A stretch of 64,000 bases of DNA from an uncultured Nitrososphaerota archaeon (GTDB lineage Archaea > Thermoproteota > Nitrososphaeria > Nitrososphaerales > Gagatemarchaeaceae), in contig CAWISW010000003.1 in assembly GCA_963838925.1 (NCBI GenBank), positions 160,001 to 224,000 of the forward strand. Direction: 5' to 3'. The notes under the pieces were generated by a model. That model saw only the letters and a list, made by a program, of their open reading frames with translations, ran no database searches and was not told the DNA's origin. A program made the translations under genes and the position numbers. Each line of letters begins with the position of its first letter. The first letter of the stretch is position 1. Of the stretch, positions 39,358 through 55,036 are shown piece after piece.

Positions 39358-39771
39358 TCAATGCAAGATTTTGAGCGCGGCGTCGACGGTGATGATTTGA
39401 ATGCCTTCGAACTGCTCCAACTCGAGCTCCAACTCGAGCAGATGTCTGTCGCCCGTCACGATGAAGGCTGTCCTTCCATTGACAGCGGTGCCGAGCACGA
39501 TGTTATCGTCTGGGTCTGCGTCTACCGCGTCGACACTTCTGATAAGGTCGACGACTTCTGACCCGCGCGTGTAGATCGTGAGGAATCTGGAGATCCGGCG
39601 AGGTGTCAGCGAGAACTTTTCTCTGGCGAGGACGTCCGCGAGCTCGGCGAGCATCTCCAAGGACGCGACCGCCGAGTGGCGTCTCAGGACCAACCTGAGA
39701 AGGCGGCGCGGCTTGCCGTGGCCTATTGTCGCTGAGACCAAGACGTTCGTGTCGATGACGACACGGGTCAC
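39358..39771 (-). CDS. PIN-domain (VapC-like) toxin
   Basis: VVIDTNVLVSA, DPDDN, IVTGDRHLL. Confidence 0.9.
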   Translation of the reverse strand: MTRVVIDTNVLVSATIGHGKPRRLLRLVLRRHSAVASLEMLAELADVLAREKFSLTPRRISRFLTIYTRGSEVVDLIRSVDAVDADPDDNIVLGTAVNGRTAFIVTGDRHLLELELELEQFEGIQIITVDAALKILH

Positions 39772-40049
39772 TTCGTCCCTCTCGCCCTCTTCTCCTTCCT
39801 GTATGTCTGGATCTCTTTGATTATCTCTTGCTCGCTCGCCGCTTTCTTGCTACGCGTGTCTATCTCGGCGAAAAAGTCGTCGAGCTCTTGTCCGACCGTC
39901 GGGACCTTCAGCTTGGTGACCACGAACTTGTCGCCCTTGCGGTATATCGCCAGTTTCGTCTTTGGCTTGATCGCGAGGCGCCGCCTCAGGTCCTGGGGGA
40001 TGACGAACTGTCCCTTGGTTCCCACTACCGCAATCTCTGGCTCTTCCAT
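39768..40049 (-). CDS. AbrB/MazE-family antitoxin
   Basis: MEEPEIAVVGTKGQFVIPQDLRRRLAI; ATG at 40049 preferred over the longer ORF that starts inside a repeat. Confidence 0.85.
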   Translation of the reverse strand: MEEPEIAVVGTKGQFVIPQDLRRRLAIKPKTKLAIYRKGDKFVVTKLKVPTVGQELDDFFAEIDTRSKKAASEQEIIKEIQTYRKEKRARGTK

Positions 40050-40114
40050 TTGCGCTCGCTCGGTATGACATTCATACTTCGGATGATAAATACTTTGAGA
40101 ATGACCGGGCTGAA

Positions 40115-40187
40115 AGCTCCGCTTGGGTTTGTAAAATGAAGTAGCAGGGCATTCGCCATGCACAAGGGTTCATTGCGCCTCCGCCGG
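40115..40187 (-). repeat. 23S trailer repeat copy 14
   Basis: agctccgct...aaaatgaagtagcagggcattcgccatgcacaagggttcattgcgcctccgccgg. Confidence 0.93.
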
Positions 40188-40306
40188 TTTCTGGAAGCTC
40201 TTCCGCTCACAGGTCTAGGAATTGTGGGTGTTAACAGACGGGCGGGCGCGCTCTCAGACGGGACCAAGCCGACCTCTTTGAGACGTCTCTCTCCCGCGCT
40301 TGAACC

Positions 40307-40768
40307 CTAAACGCATGGACCGCAGGATGAACCTTGAGATTGGGTCTCGTTGTAGTGGCCATTAATCTCCGTGCAGGTGGTCGATACGCCGTTGGTCCCT
40401 TGAGTGATGATTGTCACATTCTGGTAGAGGGTGGAAGTACTCTGGTCAGAGAACGTCAGCGTAGTCGTTATGATGGGGGACATACTCCCCGGCTCGCTCT
40501 CCGAGACAAGATAGAGCGTCTGGGTGGAAGTGCTTACGACGCCCAAACAGATCTCGTCTGTGACGACTACCCCGGTAATGACTTCCTCGGTCACAGCTGC
40601 GCCTCCCGAACCGGTGAAAGTGCTGGTAGAGGTCAAGGTCTGAGTGACGGTGCGCGGGAAGAATACCGAACCAAGGCTCAGTCCGAGAACGAATAGAATG
40701 AGGATTCCCGCAATCGTGGCTCTGTTAGGCAATACTCGGGCTCGTTCATCGAAGCCTTCACCGTCCAT
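40307..40768 (-). CDS. Small membrane-anchored Thr-rich protein
   Basis: N-terminal TM, Thr-rich, four Cys. Confidence 0.6.
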   Translation of the reverse strand: MDGEGFDERARVLPNRATIAGILILFVLGLSLGSVFFPRTVTQTLTSTSTFTGSGGAAVTEEVITGVVVTDEICLGVVSTSTQTLYLVSESEPGSMSPIITTTLTFSDQSTSTLYQNVTIITQGTNGVSTTCTEINGHYNETQSQGSSCGPCV

Positions 40769-40789
40769 TAAGGATTTGTCCGCACGCCA

Positions 40790-40871
40790 AGCTCCGCTAA
40801 GTCTTGTCTAAAATGAAAGTACGCAGGACATTCGCCATGCACAAGGGTTCATTGCGCCTCCGCCGGGGCAT
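40790..40871 (-). repeat. 23S trailer repeat copy 15
   Basis: agctccgctaagtcttgtctaaaatg...ggggcat. Confidence 0.93.
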
Positions 40872-40924
40872 CGTCCTTGACAGGGTTTATGGGGAAGTGA
40901 CAAGGAGATTCCACGGAGGGCTCG

Positions 40925-41638
40925 ATGAACGAGAAGGCAATCTTCGCATTCATTGTCGTGGCGGGCGTCGTGGCCGTCGGGTTTGTTGGAATGACCCCGA
41001 CCAGCACAATAACCCAGACCAGCGCGCTGATCCGGTCAAGCACGGTAGCGGTCCCCTCGAACGTGTCGTCTAGTAACTCAACCATCCAATCGACGGATCA
41101 GTCAACCAATCAGTCGTCATCAACGTCCATGCAATACCCATTGGTGTGGCAGTCGACTTCTCCAACGGTATGCGACATGAATTCATTCTGCGTCGTTGCA
41201 ACGCTCGGGTTCTCAGGTCAGACGGCGACTCAGAGCGAGTCGGCAACGACGATCACTGGAAGCAACGGAACGACCATAGTCGTTTCATCGACCACGACCA
41301 TCATCAGAACCTCGCCGTATCCTCAGACAACTGTGATCGAGCCTCGTCAGAATGCATCTTACTTGATTGCAGCGTTTGCATTTATTCAGGACGCGGTGAC
41401 TGGCCAGAACGTCACCACGAGCAGCGGGCAATCTTCGCTTGGGGAGAGCTGTGCCATCCAACCATCAGGATTTACCCACTGCGTCATCAGCGCCCCTTCA
41501 GGACTGCCTCCTGGGACTTACAAGGTCACAGTGTACATCACAAAGGGAGACGCGCTGTGTTCGCTGGTGCACAACAATCCACCCTGCACGTCACAATTGC
41601 TCGCACCCCCAAGCCGGACGATCACCATAACGGTGTAA
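40925..41638 (+). CDS. Secreted/anchored Ser/Thr-rich protein with Cys pairs
   Basis: N-terminal TM, S/T linkers, PGTYKVTVY Ig-like tail. Confidence 0.7.
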   Translation: MNEKAIFAFIVVAGVVAVGFVGMTPTSTITQTSALIRSSTVAVPSNVSSSNSTIQSTDQSTNQSSSTSMQYPLVWQSTSPTVCDMNSFCVVATLGFSGQTATQSESATTITGSNGTTIVVSSTTTIIRTSPYPQTTVIEPRQNASYLIAAFAFIQDAVTGQNVTTSSGQSSLGESCAIQPSGFTHCVISAPSGLPPGTYKVTVYITKGDALCSLVHNNPPCTSQLLAPPSRTITITV

Positions 41639-41664
41639 GGTGACCGAGAGTTGCGGGTTACTCT

Positions 41665-41744
41665 AGCTCCCGCTAGGCTTGTCTAAAATGAAAGTACGCA
41701 GGGCATTCGCCATGCACAAGGGTTCATTGCGCCTCCGCCGGGGC
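41665..41744 (-). repeat. 23S trailer repeat copy 16
   Basis: agctcccgctaggcttgtctaaaatg...ccgccggggc. Confidence 0.93.
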
Positions 41745-41759
41745 TACAGAGCTTTCTGG

Positions 41760-42688
41760 TTACCCGTTATTGTAAGAATCGCAGTTCTGCATGAGCGAGG
41801 AGATCGCTGCGATCGGGAAGCAGACCGTTGTCGAGTCGAAGCCGCTGATCGTGGAAGCGTAGACCCCCACCGGCGAGCTTAGACAAGTGTGAAGTCCATT
41901 ATTGTAGTTGAAGTCCGAGGCGTTCACCTGCGATGGCGTGTGTCCGACTGCCAGCGAGAGAGACGAACAATCTTGGTTGGGAACGGAATACAGATAGAAG
42001 CCGGTGGAGTTGGACAACGCCGTAACTTGGTAGACTACCGTGACGTAGCCCAGGTACGGGGAGAGTTGGACAGAACTCGGATATGCGCTCACTTGAAAGG
42101 AGTGGGAAATCTCGCTCTGGACGCAGCCAGGTCCTTTGGTACAGGTATTGAGATACACCGAGAGCGAAAGGTTCCAGAAAGCCCCTTGGTAGGCAGGAGC
42201 AATCTCATGATACGACGTCGAGTTTTGTGCCCAAGTCGTTTGGTATGTCACGCAAGCGGTAGCGCCGTCTCCCCAGGATTCATTAGCAGGATTGGCACGA
42301 AGACGGTATCGTTAGGGCCCGTTGTCCGCTGCGGCGCAGGCTGCGTCCCCGAACAGGCATTCAGTGTGGCCTCAAGGTCGCTGACCTCGCTCTCAACGAA
42401 AGAGAGTTGTTGCTGGACCTGACTCGAGTTGCTCTGTGACAATTGCGCTTGAATGATGTCCATCTCAGAGGAAATGCTCTTCATCTGGGCGAGTTCGCCT
42501 GAAGAGGCAGTCACGTTCAGCGCATGAACCTGGGCCTGAAGCCGGTTAATCTCTTGGCGTTGCTGACTCACGTCAGAGTTTTGACTCTGGTAGGATTCGA
42601 ATAGGTATCCTGCGGCCGCGACGGAAATGATTGCGATGATCAAGACCGCGACGAATTCGTTTCTGTAGTTTCGTCTGCTCGGCTCCAT
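41760..42688 (-). pseudogene. Membrane-anchored coiled-coil + Cys-rich protein, frameshifted near 42262
   Basis: ORF 42248-42688 (TM, coiled coil, ...PGET) continues in another frame as ATACVTYQTTW (41760-42251). Confidence 0.55.
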
Positions 42689-42745
42689 GTGAGGCTCCGA
42701 TTTCCCGCTGCTCGCTCTTATTTTAGAGCAGTGAATAGATGCTAC

Positions 42746-42876
42746 AGCCTCCGCTAGGATTGCAAAATTGAAGTTGCAGGGCTTGTCGCCATACACAGGG
42801 TTCATCGCGCCTCCGCCGGGGCATTTCACTCACATGTTGAGCTGTAGGTAGTGGACGGGCTGAACTAGTCGCCCGA
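42746..42876 (-). repeat. 23S 3'-end/trailer repeat copy 17
   Basis: ...gccatacacagggttcatcgcgcctccgccgggg...ctagtcgcccga. Confidence 0.95.
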
Positions 42877-42977
42877 GGACTCTCCAGCTCAGGCCGCGAA
42901 CGTCGGGTGAACACCAAGAACAGGTGGTTAGCGATGCTCACTGAGGGCGTAAATAATACCAAGGCAACAAGCGACAC

Positions 42978-43193
42978 GTGAGAAGAATAGCTCTGCTTGC
43001 TTATGCCGTTTGCCTCGGCGCTTTCCTCGCGTTCTTCTTCTTCGCCCCCGTTGTTTCTCCAATAGCAGGATGTTGCTGCATTTACTCCCCGGGCCCACAC
43101 TATCAGTCGCTCTCCTTTACGATGTTCAGAGTGGGAGAGATTGACCTGTTGGGCAATTTCTTCTGGCAGCCGCATCCCTTTCCCATCTGCTGA
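42978..43193 (+). CDS. Small Cys-rich membrane peptide (71 aa)
   Basis: TM then GCCC; TATA-like taaataa ~25 nt upstream; fills one cassette. Confidence 0.55.
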   Translation: MRRIALLAYAVCLGAFLAFFFFAPVVSPIAGCCCIYSPGPHYQSLSFTMFRVGEIDLLGNFFWQPHPFPIC

Positions 43194-43220
43194 CCGCCAT
43201 CACCATCGATTGGACAGAGA

Positions 43221-43251
43221 CACACACAAGGCTTCATTGCGCCTCAGCAGG
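43221..43251 (-). repeat. 23S trailer repeat copy 18 (degenerate core)
   Basis: cacacacaaggcttcattgcgcctcagcagg. Confidence 0.7.
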
Positions 43252-43313
43252 TTGACTGCTCCAGAAAGCGTATCTAACCTCTCGACCTTCATTGGAAGGC
43301 TAGGATCGTCACT

Positions 43314-43790
43314 TTGGAACTTGCCTTCAAGGACTATGTGGTCTGGCTGAAGAGACTCTCCCTACTGGGCGTGTTCGTCGGTTACATTATCGGCAGACTG
43401 CCTCCCCCTCTGCCCACTTGCAACAACGGACAACCATTCTGCTTCTCCAATGGGCCGCCCATCGTGCCCATAACCGCCATCATAGGAATCCCGCTGCTTC
43501 TGCTCTGTGCGTTTGGACTTGCTGCCTTCTTCCTGATCAGGCAGGTCGCCCCCGGTGAAACGGGAGGTGCGATGAGCAGGATTTGGCTCGCGCTTGCCGT
43601 AGCTATCGCGCTGCCGCTAATGATATTCACTTACGAGGAACAGGCGACATTAGCGTGGTTCCAGACCCCGCTTACACCGCTAACTGTGGGAATCGGAGTG
43701 CCTGTCATTGCTTTCTCCGTCTTCAGGCTCGTCAGGCCCTACAGGACCAAGTGGAGATCCAAAGCGGACGAGAATGAACTATTCGCCTAG
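43314..43790 (+). CDS. 4-TM membrane protein
   Basis: Four hydrophobic segments; stop ~10 nt before the native 23S trailer. Confidence 0.65.
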   Translation: MELAFKDYVVWLKRLSLLGVFVGYIIGRLPPPLPTCNNGQPFCFSNGPPIVPITAIIGIPLLLLCAFGLAAFFLIRQVAPGETGGAMSRIWLALAVAIALPLMIFTYEEQATLAWFQTPLTPLTVGIGVPVIAFSVFRLVRPYRTKWRSKADENELFA

Positions 43791-43861
43791 GTCTTGACGC
43801 AGCTCTTATTTTGGTGTGCGAGCTCCGCTACGCTTGTCCAAAATGAAGTAGCAGGGCATTC

Positions 43862-43895
43862 GCCATACACAGGGTTCATTGCGCCTCCGCCGGGG
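43862..43895 (-). promoter_or_regulatory. 3' arm of the 23S processing stem with BHB motif (native copy of the repeat core)
   Basis: Pairs with 47584-47618: 16-bp stem, AAU bulge, GCGC/GCGC helix, AAG bulge, further GC-rich stem. Confidence 0.9.
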
Positions 43896-43902
43896 CATTT
43901 CA

Positions 43903-47570
<3,668 letters not shown>

Positions 47571-47583
47571 GAATGATTAACAT

Positions 47584-47618
47584 CCCCGGCGGATGCTTGC
47601 GCGAACCCTATGCACGGC
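47584..47618 (-). promoter_or_regulatory. 5' arm of the 23S BHB processing stem (in the ITS)
   Basis: Transcript GCCGUGCAUAGGGUUC-GCGC-AAG-CAUCCGCCGGGG is complementary to 43862-43895. Confidence 0.9.
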
Positions 47619-47727
47619 TTCATCACGGGGGTGCCATAGGTCGCGCTCGCAATTTCCGTGGCGCGCCGTGGTCCTTCCTTGTCCCGCTTGCCCTTCGCAT
47701 GTCATTCAGCATGACATGCTGCATACT

Positions 47728-47791
47728 TCTGACATCGGCCTTGCTCAACAGCATTTATTCCTTTGCAGTGCGAGAACATCCTTGCTCCCGA
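47728..47791 (-). promoter_or_regulatory. 3' arm of the 16S BHB processing stem (partner ~49311-49372)
   Basis: Long inverted repeat; GCAG/CUGC helix with UUA and AAA bulges. Confidence 0.85.
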
Positions 47792-47803
47792 CGTTTTTAC
47801 ACT

Positions 47804-49302
<1,499 letters not shown>

Positions 49303-49506
49303 CGATTATATCGGGAGCAAGAATATTCTCGCATAACTGCGGAATCTTACTGTTTAGCAAAGCCAATGTCAGATCTAACATTTCGGTTAGATCTCCACTG
49401 TTTGTACGCGCATCTGGAGGTCGTACGTCTCAAAGCAAGGGCTCCGCCCGTCCGCTCCACGCAGACGCCGCCAAGCTATGCGCAAATTACCCAGTCCCCG
49501 CCGTCT

Positions 49507-49522
49507 GGATATAAACCTTGCA
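49507..49522 (-). promoter_or_regulatory. Putative rRNA operon promoter (BRE/TATA)
   Basis: Minus strand GCAAGGTTTATATC ~200 nt upstream of the 16S start. Confidence 0.55.
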
Positions 49523-49573
49523 CCGTTTTTTGTGAGGGAAGGCTGAGACGAAAGGTCAGGAGCCCGGGTACGG

Positions 49574-50150
49574 CTAGAACCCGAAGGTCTTCTTGTTCAA
49601 CCAGGGTATCAGGGCCATCGAGACGCACTGCTCGGTCATCTCCACGCGCGAGAGTCGCTTCCCGCTCAGGTGGTAGACTATCCCGTGTTCCTCGCGGACC
49701 ACCTCTGCCCCGGTGAGCTCGTGGGTGTAACGGTCGAGCTCTTCCCCGTTCCGTTTCACCTTGGTCGCGAATCTCTTTGGGATCGGAAACCCGGAGGAGC
49801 ATCCGAAGGAGAGGTGGCCTGAGAAGTCGACGACCGCCGCGACCTGGAGGTTCAGGTAGTGCCCCGGCCACCCCTTCCCGAGCCCGATCAGGCCGGCCTC
49901 CACGCCGACACCGAAATCCGGTCTCGCGGACTCGAGCGCGAAGATCGCCCTCTCCTCGGCTCCCTCGACCGTCTCGTCGAGGCTGAGCGGTTGGGCCCTC
50001 ACCAGTGACGTGGTGTCGACCGCCTTGATTTCGACGTCCGGGAAGATGGCTGGAGAAGGCCCTCTGCACCCCGAGGGTCTTGGCCGCGTTCCTCGAGCCC
50101 ACTGCGACCACCACGCGCTTGGTGGGACGGCGGCCTCTTTGTCTCGGCAT
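49574..50150 (-). pseudogene. yjjX: Inosine/xanthosine triphosphatase (YjjX family), +1 frameshift near 50050
   Basis: VAVGSRNAAK in one frame; AQPLSLDETVEGAEERA, GVGVEAG, LSRVE in another. Confidence 0.8.
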
Positions 50151-50154
50151 GAGG

Positions 50155-53116
<2,962 letters not shown>

Positions 53117-53259
53117 GCAACTGTGCGGTTTTCGACGACGGCCGCTATAAGGCTATGGCACGTAGAACATGGGATCGCATGGCCGCCGCCATCCTGTTAG
53201 CCGACGGAGACGCGGCACGAGACGAAAGCCTTTTTGACCGCATGCAGCCCTCGAATTCT

Positions 53260-53405
53260 GCGAGAGTAGCTAAGCCTGGTCAACGGCGGCGGGGCCGATT
53301 CGGCGCCGATACTCAAGATCAGATGTCGCTCCGGGGCCTACAGCGACGCAAGGAGAAATCCGCTCGTTTAGGCGTTCGTGGGTTCGAATCCCACCTCTCG
53401 CACCA
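53260..53405 (+). tRNA. tRNA-Leu(CAA) with two introns (53293-53310 at 30/31; 53318-53357 at 37/38)
   Basis: Acceptor GCGAGAG/CTCTCGC-ACCA, T-arm GTGGGTTCGAATCCCAC; spliced anticodon arm GCGGA-CTCAAGA-TCCGC; long variable arm. Confidence 0.9.
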
Positions 53406-53412
53406 TATCAAT

Positions 53413-53706
53413 CTAGTACACGAACGCCTTCACAGGCCGCGACAAGAGCGTCCGCATGAATTCGCTCAGGTCCTCCCTCTTTTGGAATTCCTTCACGAGC
53501 AACCTCCTGCCCGGGACTGGGTTGGTGCCGGCCTTTCTTTCATAGACCATCAGGGTGTAGGTGTCATGCGGCGACCTCGTGACGAAGACGAACTGCCTCT
53601 TCTTCCCTTGGAAGTCTCCGAACGTCCTGATGCCGCTGTCGAGGTCGAGCAGGTCCACCTCTCTCATGAGCTTGGGCAACGAGGTCACGCTCTTTTCGAA
53701 GAACAA
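53413..53706 (-). CDS. Hypothetical protein
   Basis: 97-aa ORF with protein-like composition between the tRNA and cysS. Confidence 0.55.
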   Translation of the reverse strand: MFFEKSVTSLPKLMREVDLLDLDSGIRTFGDFQGKKRQFVFVTRSPHDTYTLMVYERKAGTNPVPGRRLLVKEFQKREDLSEFMRTLLSRPVKAFVY

Positions 53707-53818
53707 CCGCTCAACGCGTCCGAGTCGGGAGCCCGACCCACGCCATATGAGACTTGCGCTTCAGAAAAAAGGCTAACATACAAGCCGGGTTCGCCGTTGA
53801 AGGCAAGAGGATGATAGC

Positions 53819-55036
53819 GTGAGCCGCGGCAGAGTCTTGCTGTTCAACTCGATGAGCCAGAGGAAGGAGCCGTTGGACATCGTGCAAGGGGAGGCGGTCC
53901 GGATGTTCGTTTGCGGCCCGACGGTCCAGAGCTTCATCCACGTGGGGCATGCGCGGACGTACGTCTTCTACGACGTGCTCTCTCGCTACCTCACCCACCT
54001 CGGCGCCCGCGTCAGCTTTTTGGTCAACATCACGGACGTGGACGACCGGATAACCGAGGCGGCCAAGAGAGAGGGGGTGAAGACGAGCGAGATCGTGCGG
54101 AAGTACTCGGCCGCGTTCTTCGAGGACCTGAAGGGCCTCGACGTGAAGTCGGTGACGAGTTTCGAGAGCGTCTCCAAGTACATCGAGGTCATGGTCGACC
54201 AGATCTCCATCCTGGTCGAGAACGGGTACGCGTACCTGGCCGACGGCGTCGTCTACTTTGACACTTCGAAATATCCAGCCTACGGCAAGCTCTCGCACCA
54301 GTCCAAGAGCGAGCTGTCGCTGAGGCCGCTGGAGCTCACCGCGAACAAGAAGAACCTCCTCGACTTCGCGCTGTGGCGCCCGGTCACATTGGAGGAGGGA
54401 AAGTGGGACAGCCCGTGGGGGAGGGGGTCCCCGGGGTGGCACATCGAGGACACCGCGGTGACGCTGACCAACTTCGGGCCGCAGTACGACATCCACGGCG
54501 GGGCCTACGAGCTGATCTATCCGCACCACGAAGCCGAGCTCGCGCAGGGGGAGTCGCTGACCGGCATCAGCCCGCTTGTGAGGTATTGGGTCCACACGGG
54601 GCTCGTCAACCTCGTCGGGCGGAAGATGTCCAAGTCCGCGGGGAACACCCAACTCGTCAGGGAGCTCCTCAAGGAATACAGCGCCGACGAGCTGAGGTAC
54701 TACCTGCTTTCGTGGCACTACAGAGACGACGTGGAGTTCAGCCTTCAGCGGCTCAAGGGGGCGAGCAAGGCGTACTCCAGGGCTGCCGCGGGGGCAGGAA
54801 GGCTCAGCGCGTTCACCGCGAAGGCCACCAGCAGGGTGGGGCCCTCGCCTGACGCGGTCCGGAAGCGCCTCTCCCCGTTCTACGCTGCGATGGACGACGA
54901 CCTCGATACGCCCAAGGCGATAAAGTGGGTCGAGGACGAGCTCATCGGCGGGAGCTCATCGGACGAGGCTCGCGACTACTGGGCCCTCCGTGCGGTCTCA
55001 GAGGTGCTGGGAGTTGACTTCCTTGCCAAGCAGTGA
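53819..55036 (+). CDS. cysS: Cysteinyl-tRNA synthetase-like protein (short; no obvious anticodon-binding domain)
   Basis: CGPTV, HVGHAR, NITDVDD, DFALW, SPWGRGSPGWHIED, KMSKS, AMDDDLDT. Confidence 0.8.
   Translation: MSRGRVLLFNSMSQRKEPLDIVQGEAVRMFVCGPTVQSFIHVGHARTYVFYDVLSRYLTHLGARVSFLVNITDVDDRITEAAKREGVKTSEIVRKYSAAFFEDLKGLDVKSVTSFESVSKYIEVMVDQISILVENGYAYLADGVVYFDTSKYPAYGKLSHQSKSELSLRPLELTANKKNLLDFALWRPVTLEEGKWDSPWGRGSPGWHIEDTAVTLTNFGPQYDIHGGAYELIYPHHEAELAQGESLTGISPLVRYWVHTGLVNLVGRKMSKSAGNTQLVRELLKEYSADELRYYLLSWHYRDDVEFSLQRLKGASKAYSRAAAGAGRLSAFTAKATSRVGPSPDAVRKRLSPFYAAMDDDLDTPKAIKWVEDELIGGSSSDEARDYWALRAVSEVLGVDFLAKQ

Noticed and set aside
39414-39439. 12-bp tandem duplication in the PIN gene (LELELELE)
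   Set aside because: In-frame local duplication with no wider pattern.
40295-40320. Possible inverted degenerate repeat copy (minus strand ccatgcgtttagggttcaagcgc)
   Set aside because: Only a short match overlapping a gene end; could be chance.
39768-42829. N-terminal extensions of ORFs 39768..40163 and 42248..42829, and ORFs such as 40804..41073 and 41679..41882
   Set aside because: They start inside repeat copies and translate the repeat (MSKMKVRR..., MKCPGGGAMNP...); better internal starts exist or the ORFs are spurious.
11258-43251. Repeat array as CRISPR
   Set aside because: Intervals are 0.35-6 kb and contain whole genes, repeat length is variable, the repeat is rRNA-derived, and there are no cas genes.
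11258-43251. Repeats as classical integron attC sites
   Set aside because: No RYYYAAC...GTTRRRY self-complementary structure is evident, the core pairs only with the distant 23S 5' arm, and there is no intI in the window.
11258-43251. Repeats as a pure assembly artefact of rRNA-end reads
   Set aside because: Copies differ from the native trailer and from each other in recurring subtypes, and they sit almost always between intact genes. Long-read confirmation is still advisable.
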